Origin: a virus
Strand: one strand, 5' to 3'
IMG/VR virus record: IMGVR_UViG_3300002231_000336
Length of the DNA stretch: 64,000 nucleotides
Position numbers and translations under genes: made by a program. Every line of letters starts with the position of its first letter. Positions within the stretch are counted from its first letter, which is position 1. The notes beneath the pieces were generated by a model that was given only the letters and a program-made list of their open reading frames with translations, had not been told where the DNA came from and ran no database searches. Shown here one piece after another: positions 31,447 through 40,169 of this stretch.

Positions 31447-31520
31447 GGGTACTTAGCTTAGTTGGTTAAAGCACCTCGCTCATAACGAGGAAATCATTGG
31501 TTCAAGTCCAGTAGTACCCA
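31447..31520 (+). tRNA. tRNA with CAT anticodon (elongator Met or Ile2); CCA not encoded
   Basis: GGGTACT/AGTACCC acceptor stem, CCTCG-CTCATAA-CGAGG anticodon arm, TTCAAGT T loop. Confidence 0.92.
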
Positions 31521-31528
31521 TTGATAAC

Positions 31529-31653
31529 ACTCTCGGTTGCATCTGTGGTGTAGGAGCCATGTATAGGACATTTGTTCACTGCTTATGCGGGGAATAACTA
31601 GACCTGAAATACGGAATGCGTACAGCAGACCAACTGCCAGATGCACCGAGAGT
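31529..31653 (+). ncRNA. tRNA-like structured RNA cassette A
   Basis: ACTCTCGG(T)TGCATCTG pairs with CAGATGCACCGAGAGT; D-like arm, long hairpin, reduced T-like arm GCAG-ACCAA-CTGC. Confidence 0.65.
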
Positions 31654-31660
31654 CATTAAC

Positions 31661-31817
31661 ACTCTCGGCTGCGCTTAGTGGCGAAAGATAGACGTTAAAA
31701 GAATACGTTCGTGAGAGGATAACGTGGGAACAGCGAATAATGCGTGTCGATTCGGCTATAGACGATAGACATTACCTCGTGCAGGTATCGAATCCTGCCT
31801 AAGCGTATGCTGAGAGT
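31661..31817 (+). ncRNA. tRNA-like structured RNA cassette B (Leu-like ends)
   Basis: ACTCTCGGCTGCGCTTAG pairs with CTAAGCGTA(T)GCTGAGAGT; TGGCGAAAGATAGACG D arm; CGT-GCAGG-TATCGAAT-CCTGC T arm. Confidence 0.72.
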
Positions 31818-32607
31818 ATAGAAAGGAGAAAGACATGAGAAAGAATAATAGCGTATTTGAACCATTAGCAAACATTATTAAAGAAACATATAGCAAGGCT
31901 TACACCTGTGGTAAATGTCATCAAAGACCAGAAGCGACATATGATGGTGTTTTCACTTGCAATTTATGTGGAGAGGTTGTTACTGATGACCAGCAAGCCT
32001 GTGAGGATTTTATTTCTGAAGTTGAAGCGGTATAGAAAGGATTGTTATGAGTAGGATTGAGGCGTTGAAGGTGAAATATTTTAAGATAATAGAAGACAAG
32101 CAAGGGTATGACTTTGATGTTGGCGAACTCATTGACGAAGCAGCACGTATAGCGGTTGAGGAAGAGAAGGAAAGATTGTTCGATGCATTACCAAAAACAT
32201 TTTACCTTATAGACGATGCAATGAAGAAGCTACTCTCAATTATAATCAACGAGAGGTAAATTATGGATTTTTTTGTTAGCTCAATAACACTAGTCTTAAA
32301 AATAGTGTGCGGAACATTAACTATTTTGGTTATAGTGTATATCGGTGAAATGATTATTAAGTTATGTTTGCTTCCAATCATGCTAGCGATACAGTTTATT
32401 TGGCACAAGAAGGTAACGAGTAAAATAAACAACGAGAGGTGAGATATGAAGAGGTGTAAGGATTGTAAGCATTCTTTTAGAAGGAGTGTTTATGGATACA
32501 ATGATAGGGTCTTTACATGTAAGAAAACATGGCAATATCATTATTATAAAGTCACCAAAGTGTGCGAGCATTATAAACGAATCTGGTGGAAGATATGGAG
32601 GTAAAAT

Positions 32608-33066
32608 ATGGAAAGAGATAAGTTGAAGTCGTGTCCGTTCTGCGATGAAACAGTTGAATTATGGGTGAAAGACCATTATTGTTCATCAGTATGGGCTGTT
32701 CAGTGCGGAGTATGTGGTGCTGAGGTTACTCGATACAATAGAAGAAAAGATGCTATTAAGGCATGGAACACAAGAGCAGAGCAAGACACACGAGAGGTTA
32801 GTGAGGAGAATAGGCGACTACGTGAGCAGTTGCGTAGCAGTCATCATTTGCATTGCAATTATCCGAATAGAACGGTTGGTGAATGTAACTGTCAGCCTGT
32901 TATGAAAGTGGACTACAAGCGACTGCATGAGCAGATAGATAAGTTGCCTGGTGAGGATGTAATATTAAGAGAAATAACAAGACACACTATTCCAGCACAA
33001 TACAACAAACACATTGTTGATGTAGCAAAAGCAATATATGATAGAATAAAGAAAGTGAAATGCTAG
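32608..33066 (+). CDS. Lar-like restriction-alleviation zinc-finger protein with C-terminal extension
   Basis: LKSCPFC...VQCGVCGA...AIKAWNTRA. Confidence 0.75.
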   Translation: MERDKLKSCPFCDETVELWVKDHYCSSVWAVQCGVCGAEVTRYNRRKDAIKAWNTRAEQDTREVSEENRRLREQLRSSHHLHCNYPNRTVGECNCQPVMKVDYKRLHEQIDKLPGEDVILREITRHTIPAQYNKHIVDVAKAIYDRIKKVKC

Positions 33067-33488
33067 AAGCAGCTATAACTTACTATAACTTACTAGAACT
33101 TATAGGAGAAATAATGGATAGTGAAGAATACGTCGAGGTATTAAAAAGAATGCTTGAACTGAGAAGAGAGCCGGATGCTATTAAATACCATACGGTGTTG
33201 GAGGAACAGCAGGCTCTTGATTATGCCATTAGATGTATTGAGGAGAATGGACGACTGCGTGAGCAGATTAACCAGACTACACAAAACAGAGAAGAAGTAA
33301 ACCAGAAAGAAGGGACTATGAGAGACATTAAACGAATTAAACGGATATGCAGACTATTAGAGGACAAATGGAGTAAAGTGCCAGACCAGAGACTAGGACA
33401 GTTCCTAGCTAACTATGTGTTCGGGCATCATACAGACCCGTTCTATCTTGAGGATGGTAAAACAGAGAAACGATTGGAGGAAATATGA
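33060..33488 (+). CDS. Modular hypothetical protein (C-terminal PDQRLGQ domain, possible internal start)
   Basis: WSKVPDQRLGQFLAN motif, which I recall from small phage proteins; GAAGGG RBS before the internal Met. Confidence 0.55.
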   Translation: MLEAAITYYNLLELIGEIMDSEEYVEVLKRMLELRREPDAIKYHTVLEEQQALDYAIRCIEENGRLREQINQTTQNREEVNQKEGTMRDIKRIKRICRLLEDKWSKVPDQRLGQFLANYVFGHHTDPFYLEDGKTEKRLEEI

Positions 33489-34898
33489 GTGAAGAAAAAG
33501 TTTTATGGATGGTAAATTCAGACCCAGAAGTAGGATATGATAAGGTAGCTTATTACAGATGCCCTGATATCCAAGAGTTTGTCGAAAAGATTGGTGTTGA
33601 TAACATTGTGGGAGTCATAGTAGATGACAATAATATAGGATTTATTACAAAGGATTAATAATGAAATGTCCTAAATGTGGTCAAGAAGAGTTTGTAGAGA
33701 AACTAGGCGGATATGTGTGTAAGAATTGTAGGTATTTTATCACGAAGGAGAACGAATGAAATATCATATTAACATCGTTGAATATGGCATAATGAATAAC
33801 GACTGGGAAGGCTGGTCAATGGCGAGGATTGAGCTACATAAAGAAGGAGAGCACTATCAAGTCTATGAGGGATTTGTGAGACTGCCGACACCGGTATTCG
33901 AAACGTTCCGTGAATCATTCGATTTCATGGATCTAGATAAACTACCATACATGAGGTTTGATTATGAAGAACCACAAAGGAGGAAAGATGAAAGTATGGA
34001 TTGATAGAGATGTGACTAGTATTGGTTGTGCGGAGTATTATTTTACCGGCAAGGTTGACGGGACGGTAGGGGTAGACATACCAGAAGCAACATATGTAGC
34101 AATACAGAAATCAATCGCTGTATACTGCGCATGGCAAGAGATTATGGAGGGATTGTATAAAAATGGTCAAGAATTTGTACGGGATGAACGGGAGGACTAG
34201 ATGCAAACGAAATGTGCTAATTGTGGCAAGATATTTAGTATACCAACAATAACGCAGCTCGTTAATCTTTGTGATGAGTGTAAAAGAGAGCGGGCTTTCG
34301 CAAACTATGATTTACCAGAAGGATTCGATACTTTATTCAATAAAGGAGGACTAAATGCAAATAGGAAAGATTGAATTTGGGTTACCAGAAGAACGAGATA
34401 GTTTCTATATCTCAGTACATGCAGTGGACACTATGATTGCAATACATGATGCGCTTAATGAAATGAGACAGATAATTAAATATGGTGTTGACAGCACAGA
34501 AGATTTAAAACGTGGTGTTGAAGTAGCAAGAGAAATATTATTGAGCAATTTAAACACACAAGGGATTGATATAGAATGGCTCAAATGAGTTGGTTTGAAC
34601 ATTTAATGGCGGTAATCTGTATACCATTAATATGGATATTGGATAAATTATTAAGAGAAGGAGACAAATGAATAAACAAGGTAATGCAGTAATACTCGGC
34701 ATCGTATGGTTGTTGTTGTCCATATTATTATTTAGCTTAGCATATGATAATTATTGTTATAGGAGAAAGATTGAGGCGATGAACACCAAATACTATGAAA
34801 TAATAGCTGGTCTTACAGATAATGATTTACGAAGCATAGCGGTAAATGCAACTGATATCGACATGATAGACACAACACATACAGCATAAGGAGTTATT

Positions 34899-35039
34899 AT
34901 GGGAAAAGGAGATTGTTATAGGCCCGTAAAACGAGTGAGTTACGAAAGTAATTGGGATAAGATATTTAGTAAAAAAAACAAGAACGACAACAAGGACGGG
35001 AGAAAAAATGGGGCTAAGAGACCTAGAAACAAACGGTAG
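34899..35039 (+). CDS. Small basic phage protein (MGKG...RP...NWDKIF type)
   Basis: MGKGDCYRPVKRVSYESNWDKIFSKK...; AAGGAG RBS; below the track size cut-off. Confidence 0.55.
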   Translation: MGKGDCYRPVKRVSYESNWDKIFSKKNKNDNKDGRKNGAKRPRNKR

Positions 35040-36057
35040 AGGTGAGTTTGGTATCTTCTGGGGTGATGGATTGTTTAATTGTGATGTAGTGTTGCAACCG
35101 CTCATAGAACATTTCTTTTTTACTGGTGATTCGATGTTGATAAAAGCAAAGAGCAAAAAAGGAAAAAGCGTTATCGTCCAACAGATAGTGTTTAATTTAA
35201 CCTCGGGTACACCCTTCCTTGATTCATTTAGAACAACCAAGAAATGTAAAGTAGCGTATATAAGTGGGGAGGGGTTTCGGGGCGATTGGATAAAACGTTT
35301 CCGTGATATGCAAAAGGCTGTGCCATTTAATCCAGACAATTTCTATCACATAAATGTCAGGGGCTTGGGGTTGCATAGAGAAGAAGATCGCATAGAACTT
35401 ATACGAATACTTGACCGCCCAGGAGTAAAATATGATGTGATTGTATTCGACCCAATATATAAACTGATTAATGGTGGGGATTTAAACAAACAAGAGCACA
35501 TAAGTGTGTTCACTAATAACATTGATATTATTAAAGGACGGTATGGGGCATCTGTAATACTTGTACACCACGATAGCGAAAAGTCATATAAAGATAACAA
35601 AGGGCGCTCACATGAAGCTTCACATACTACAGCTCTTGGTTCGTCATTCCTTATGGGCTATATAACCCATGCGTATACACTCAAGAAAGAGGGTGATATG
35701 CATAAGTTAGTTCTTAGTATAGAGCGTTCTGGGGATATGGCAGAAGAATTACCGATGTATATGATCGTACCACAGAAAGATAAATTAGGTAGATTGTTCT
35801 ATACTGTTGATAGCACTAAGAAAAGTGCGAACATCTTTACCGTTAGAGAACGAATAAAGGAACAAGGTATGTGTTTGTACCCAGACGTATATAAAGACCT
35901 CGATATGATTAAAATGACATTCCACCGCTGTGTTAATAAGCTCATAGATGAAAGGCTGGTTGAGCGGATAGAAGATGAAAATGGAAAACGCTGGTATAAA
36001 TGGATAGGTGCTAAAGAGATTGGGGGTTTAGATGGAGAAAATATTACTACTATTTGA
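35008..36057 (+). CDS. AAA_25 / RepA-like SF4 helicase with C-terminal winged-helix-like domain
   Basis: LIKAKSKKGKS Walker A, VIVFDPI Walker B, VILVHH, LGSS motifs. Confidence 0.8.
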   Translation: MGLRDLETNGRGEFGIFWGDGLFNCDVVLQPLIEHFFFTGDSMLIKAKSKKGKSVIVQQIVFNLTSGTPFLDSFRTTKKCKVAYISGEGFRGDWIKRFRDMQKAVPFNPDNFYHINVRGLGLHREEDRIELIRILDRPGVKYDVIVFDPIYKLINGGDLNKQEHISVFTNNIDIIKGRYGASVILVHHDSEKSYKDNKGRSHEASHTTALGSSFLMGYITHAYTLKKEGDMHKLVLSIERSGDMAEELPMYMIVPQKDKLGRLFYTVDSTKKSANIFTVRERIKEQGMCLYPDVYKDLDMIKMTFHRCVNKLIDERLVERIEDENGKRWYKWIGAKEIGGLDGENITTI

Positions 36058-36763
36058 TTGCCATTTAACAACTAAAGCGACTAAACAATATAGATTGGTC
36101 GTTAATAAATTTTTACCATGGTATAAGCCAGATGAAGTTATCCTGGGTGGTGATTTCATGGACTGCGCGTCGCTATCTCATTGGATTTGTAATATGGGGC
36201 TTAGACTTGAGGGAAAACGTTACAAGAAAGAGCTTGAATTCGCAAAAAAAGAAATAGTCAAGATATTTAAGCATACTAAACGAATCACATGGCTAGAGGG
36301 TAATCATGAAAATTGGGTGGCTCAATATGTAGAACGCAACCCACAATTAGAAGGAATGATGGCAATAAGTAACCATATAGATTTTAACAAATACCATATC
36401 AATTGGATTCCAATGAATCATCTCTATCACAGAGGAAAACGCGGTAAGATATACTTCACACATGGCTTATATACCGGTAAGTATCACGCTAGACAACATG
36501 TTGAGAGCTTGGGGTGTAATATAGTCTATGGGCATAAGCATAGCGCACAGACCTATCAGGTTAATATGAAAATGCAGAAACCATATATGGGATATAGTAT
36601 TGGTTGCCTTTGCGGTTTCGCTCCGGAATATCTTAAGAATCGTCCATCCGGCTGGATAAATCAATTCGCTATATGCGAGTTAAATGACAGTATTTTTAAT
36701 CTAACTCCAGTAAATATCATTAATAACCAATTTATATATGGAGGAAAATTATGGAGAGTTTAG
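36032..36763 (+). CDS. Calcineurin-like metallophosphoesterase
   Basis: FDCH, GGDFMD, EGNHE, FTHG, YGHKH. Confidence 0.88.
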   Translation: MEKILLLFDCHLTTKATKQYRLVVNKFLPWYKPDEVILGGDFMDCASLSHWICNMGLRLEGKRYKKELEFAKKEIVKIFKHTKRITWLEGNHENWVAQYVERNPQLEGMMAISNHIDFNKYHINWIPMNHLYHRGKRGKIYFTHGLYTGKYHARQHVESLGCNIVYGHKHSAQTYQVNMKMQKPYMGYSIGCLCGFAPEYLKNRPSGWINQFAICELNDSIFNLTPVNIINNQFIYGGKLWRV

Positions 36764-37161
36764 GAGTTAATAAGCCGGGAATTGGGGATTATCATAAAAT
36801 GGGCAGTGGGTTACGAGACTCAGTCACTATTGCCGAACAATGCGGATGTGGAAAAGTGTATGTTACTATTATAGAAGAAGATGGAGAAATATCAAGGGTT
36901 CATGCTACGGCTGGTAAATGGGGTACTTGCCTTATGTTAATGCTTACTACGGCATCTACCATGTTCAATGAGTTATTAGAAAGAGGTATGCCGATAAGAG
37001 AGGCATTACTTTATATAAACAATAAACATTGTCATAGGGGTAGACCATATGATTCCGGCTGGACATATAGTTGTCTTGATGCTATAAGTAAAGCCGTGCG
37101 TAAAAGATTGGCTGAACTAGCCAACAATAAACGGATACATCATGAGACCGAGATTGAGTAA
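36751..37161 (+). CDS. Stand-alone NrdJ C-terminal (TSCPD / NrdJb-like) domain protein
   Basis: CGCGKVYVTI..., AGKWGTC, ELLERGMPI...HC...YSCLDAISKAV match the pattern of class II RNR C-terminal domains. Confidence 0.65.
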   Translation: MESLGVNKPGIGDYHKMGSGLRDSVTIAEQCGCGKVYVTIIEEDGEISRVHATAGKWGTCLMLMLTTASTMFNELLERGMPIREALLYINNKHCHRGRPYDSGWTYSCLDAISKAVRKRLAELANNKRIHHETEIE

Positions 37162-37593
37162 TGCACAAACAAATGTTTCTTCAGCAGCAGCCTGGATGGG
37201 ATTTCGTATACCTAAGTATATCGACCATGCACCGACCCCAAGATGCAATGGAAGAACCATCCAGGCATTACTACCGTATGTAAAGCAGAACACAAGTCCT
37301 GCGGAACAAACACCTAAACAAAACAGAGAACGTCTTATCCATTTACGTAATAGCGTATCCCCACCATAACCCATACAAAAACCAGCTGCTAGAGGCCCAT
37401 ACACTAATGGTAACGACCATACCCACTTGCCCATCATTAATGCTGCAACATTCACTCCTGTAGCGATAACAAGTGAACCAATAAATCTACGGATCCATTT
37501 GTTAGAACGACCGCCCTCCATATAGAGAGCACAACCGACCACAAGAAACAATAACGATATTACAGCACTATAGCCAATTAGTCGCTCAGTCAT
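37117..37593 (-). CDS. Polytopic membrane protein
   Basis: Four to five hydrophobic segments; last gene of the late operon, overlapping the early operon end by 45 nt. Confidence 0.65.
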   Translation of the reverse strand: MTERLIGYSAVISLLFLVVGCALYMEGGRSNKWIRRFIGSLVIATGVNVAALMMGKWVWSLPLVYGPLAAGFCMGYGGDTLLRKWIRRSLFCLGVCSAGLVFCFTYGSNAWMVLPLHLGVGAWSIYLGIRNPIQAAAEETFVCALLNLGLMMYPFIVG

Positions 37594-37849
37594 ATTTGTT
37601 GAAATCCTCTTTAGTGTTTTTGTATTTCTTCACAAGTTTATCCCAGCCCTTAGTACCTTGTTTGACTTTAATCATATCATCCACTATTAGCATTATCTTC
37701 TCGGCTTTATTTACAGCTCTACCAAGATTCTTCATACGTTTAACACGATTAAGTGCTTCTTGATTTTCCGGTGATATAAGGTCACGCACTAAAGCTAATG
37801 CTTCTTTTACGGCTAAAGCAATCGGGCCTATACCGGTGACACTAGCCAT
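37586..37849 (-). CDS. Hypothetical protein (possible lysis accessory)
   Basis: Amphipathic N-terminus, basic C-terminus; tightly coupled to neighbours. Confidence 0.55.
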   Translation of the reverse strand: MASVTGIGPIALAVKEALALVRDLISPENQEALNRVKRMKNLGRAVNKAEKIMLIVDDMIKVKQGTKGWDKLVKKYKNTKEDFNKYD

Positions 37850-38042
37850 TGTTGTTGTCCTTTGTTAAACCAGCCAAATGAATAATCTTTAATAATGTGT
37901 CAATGACTTTATCATCTGCTTTAGTTGGCGTCATTTTAGCTATAATTGATGCACCACCAAGAATCATAAGTATTGCTTGGATTATTGATGCCCAATCAAA
38001 TGCCATGAGCTGTGAGAGAATTGATACACTTTCATTTTCCAT
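37842..38042 (-). CDS. Small membrane protein, holin-like
   Basis: WASIIQAILMILGGASIIAKMTPTKADDKVI pattern. Confidence 0.55.
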   Translation of the reverse strand: MENESVSILSQLMAFDWASIIQAILMILGGASIIAKMTPTKADDKVIDTLLKIIHLAGLTKDNNNG

Positions 38043-38238
38043 TAGAGTCTCCTTTTGATTTGTTATTGACTGAATTAACGCTTCTTATAATATGATTGAT
38101 GTGGCTATCTATAATGTTTCGTGCGTGATGAAGCATTAACACGGTTATTTGTTTTTCTGGCAAGTTATCATATAGTTTTTGCTTAACTGTATCTATAAAA
38201 TGCTCAATGAATTGGTCTCGTTTCCTCAATTCCATCAT
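38032..38238 (-). CDS. Hypothetical protein
   Basis: 68 aa, overlaps its neighbours in operon fashion. Confidence 0.45.
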   Translation of the reverse strand: MMELRKRDQFIEHFIDTVKQKLYDNLPEKQITVLMLHHARNIIDSHINHIIRSVNSVNNKSKGDSNGK

Positions 38239-38446
38239 AATAATAACCTGCTTTCTCTGAACTATGGTGAACCCAATCGCTGTTATTAAGACCTATAGTG
38301 AAATAATCCCTATTACCATCTGTTTCAACTAAATACCAATCAACGTCTCTACGCTTATAAGCCAATACTTTGTAATTAGTACAGCTACTAAGCAGTATAA
38401 GAGATAGACTTATTATAAAAAGTATATTTACTTCCGACATTCTCAT
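38204..38446 (-). CDS. Putative lipoprotein
   Basis: ILFIISLSLILLSS-C lipobox. Confidence 0.55.
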   Translation of the reverse strand: MRMSEVNILFIISLSLILLSSCTNYKVLAYKRRDVDWYLVETDGNRDYFTIGLNNSDWVHHSSEKAGYYYDGIEETRPIH

Positions 38447-38456
38447 TTCTTTACGA

Positions 38457-38783
38457 TTATACTACAGGTACTTCCTTTATCTCTTTTGGTTTTGGTTTCA
38501 CTACGATCAAGTTATTAGCAGTTGTCATTTTGGCTATGTCTGCGTTAATAGCGTCCAGTCGTTGCTGTGCTTCTGTCTTCTGACGCTCAAGACGGGCCAG
38601 TTCGTTTGCTATCTGTCCCTTTGTGAAGTCAGCTTTTGTAATCTTCGTTGGGACAGTGGTTACCTGCTCGACCGTGTAGTCGTCTTTTTTTACGTACGAT
38701 GTTGCTGCCTCAGCATCTTTAACGCATGAGATAAGATTTAATGCTAAAATAATGCTTAGTGTTATTGTGATTAGGTATTTCAT
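38457..38783 (-). CDS. Exported coiled-coil protein / lipoprotein (spanin-like candidate)
   Basis: MKYLITITLSIILALNLIS-C; heptad C-terminal half; AGGAGG RBS. Confidence 0.55.
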   Translation of the reverse strand: MKYLITITLSIILALNLISCVKDAEAATSYVKKDDYTVEQVTTVPTKITKADFTKGQIANELARLERQKTEAQQRLDAINADIAKMTTANNLIVVKPKPKEIKEVPVV

Positions 38784-38797
38784 GTTATCCTCCTATT

Positions 38798-40168
38798 TTA
38801 AGTTGCTACCATTAGTGTTTGGTCATCAGTATCAACCCATAATTGACCTGCCGTCATTCCTGCTGGTTGGGTTGCTCCACTCGGTAGACCGGATAGGGTT
38901 ACATTAGATGAGACTGCTAAGTCTCCAGATACATCAAGGGTTGCTGATGGACTCACCGTCCCGATGCCGACGTTGCCGCTTCTATCTATGACCATTCGTG
39001 CTGTTCCTCCAAGAGTTGCGACATTAGAAGCAGTATAAAATTTCAAATCCGTAGCAGAATTTATGTCTCCTCTTCCACCACCAATATAAACAATATTATC
39101 AGCAACATTTGTATCAATTCCCAACAAAGTACATCCTTCTGATTCGGCGCTTGTATCATACTGAGAAGAAATAATAGCTCCCCATTTGTTTGTGTCATCT
39201 GTCTCACTACTTGAAATTCTTATATTTGGATAACCAACGACGTGTAATTTATTACCTGGACTCGTCGTCCCGATGCCTACGTTGCCAGTATTATCAATGA
39301 CTAATTTTTCATTAGCTGTAACACCACTACTCGTAGAAAAGACGAAGTTATCTGATGCCCCTCGCACACCTAGAGCCCAATCTTGTCCACTTGCTTCATT
39401 GAAATGTATCCTTGATTGCTTGCCAGAGTCAAAATCAAGTTGAATAAGTTGGTCATCGCCAGCAGGTGCATCAATATTTAATTGAGACGCAGGAGTATCC
39501 GTCCCAATCCCTACATTACCATTCTCCAGCACAGTAACCACCCCCGTCGTAGTCATACTATTAACCTGCAACAAGTTCCCACTATATCCATCGTTATCAG
39601 GGCTAATGAGCAGACCGTCTGTGCTTCCTGATGGAGAGAGGTCTAGGAGGGCTTGGGGGGAGGTTGTGTTGATGCCGACGTTTTGGCTTGAATCAATATA
39701 AATAGCACTGGTATCATCTGTTTGAATATCTAATGGTGCCACTCCTCTGGTTCGGATTGTTAAAGGAGTATTATCGTCTGCTGAAATCCATGCCGGATTA
39801 GAACCACCTGGGCCAAATTCTAAATGTGCCCCACTTGCTTGTTTTATTCTTATCCTTCCACCATCAACTTCTAAGGCAGAGGTTACCTCAAACGTATTAG
39901 TCCCAATCCCCACCCTATCATTCCCACTATCCACATACAACACATCCGTATCAATTGCCAGTGTCTTCCCTACGGTGAGATGTTCACCAATAGACATACT
40001 ATTACCAACAACCTGATTTCCACTAAACGACACACTCATCGGATTAGATGCTGTCCCAATCTCTTTCTCATCACTATCAATTAAAAATGCCCTCATTGGT
40101 GCAGCAAAAAGAGGAGAACAAAATAATATTGTTATCGCTAAAACACTTATTACTAAATACTTTTTCAT
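38798..40168 (-). CDS. Exported tail-fibre-like protein with five (G)NVGIGTxxP-type repeats, 456 aa
   Basis: Signal peptide MKKYLVISVLAITILFCSPLFA-A; repeats DRVGIGTNT, NVGINTTSP, NVGIGTDTP, NVGIGTTSP, NVGIGTVSP; C-terminal GQLWVD. Confidence 0.8.
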   Translation of the reverse strand: MKKYLVISVLAITILFCSPLFAAPMRAFLIDSDEKEIGTASNPMSVSFSGNQVVGNSMSIGEHLTVGKTLAIDTDVLYVDSGNDRVGIGTNTFEVTSALEVDGGRIRIKQASGAHLEFGPGGSNPAWISADDNTPLTIRTRGVAPLDIQTDDTSAIYIDSSQNVGINTTSPQALLDLSPSGSTDGLLISPDNDGYSGNLLQVNSMTTTGVVTVLENGNVGIGTDTPASQLNIDAPAGDDQLIQLDFDSGKQSRIHFNEASGQDWALGVRGASDNFVFSTSSGVTANEKLVIDNTGNVGIGTTSPGNKLHVVGYPNIRISSSETDDTNKWGAIISSQYDTSAESEGCTLLGIDTNVADNIVYIGGGRGDINSATDLKFYTASNVATLGGTARMVIDRSGNVGIGTVSPSATLDVSGDLAVSSNVTLSGLPSGATQPAGMTAGQLWVDTDDQTLMVAT

Positions 40169-40169
40169 G

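Larger units (their letters stand above)
1..38881. repeat. Phage genome unit, copy 1 (true unit 38,873 bp plus 8 spurious inserted bases)
   Basis: The sequence at 1 (cggtagaccggataggg) recurs at 38882. The offset falls stepwise from 38881 to 38873 by position 12334, then stays constant to the window end. Confidence 0.97.

Noticed and set aside
31525-31670. CRISPR mini-array suggested by the repeated TAACACTCTCGG
   Set aside because: Only two copies, about 130 nt apart, each pairing with a downstream complement. No cas genes.
31529-31817. Ordinary tRNAs, intron-containing tRNAs, tmRNA or YrlA Y RNA
   Set aside because: No 5-bp/7-nt anticodon arm. The inserts are too short for group I introns. 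There are no tmRNA ends or tag ORF. The D-then-T order is not the permuted YrlA layout and no Ro60 gene is present.
1-38881. Alternative genetic code or stop-codon reassignment
   Set aside because: Core genes are full length and tightly packed under code 11. The broken ORFs are explained by the insertions.
38798-40168. Diversity-generating retroelement target (repeats in the fibre gene)
   Set aside because: The repeats are short in-frame GNVGIGT structural units. No reverse transcriptase and no TR/VR pair with adenine-specific differences were seen.
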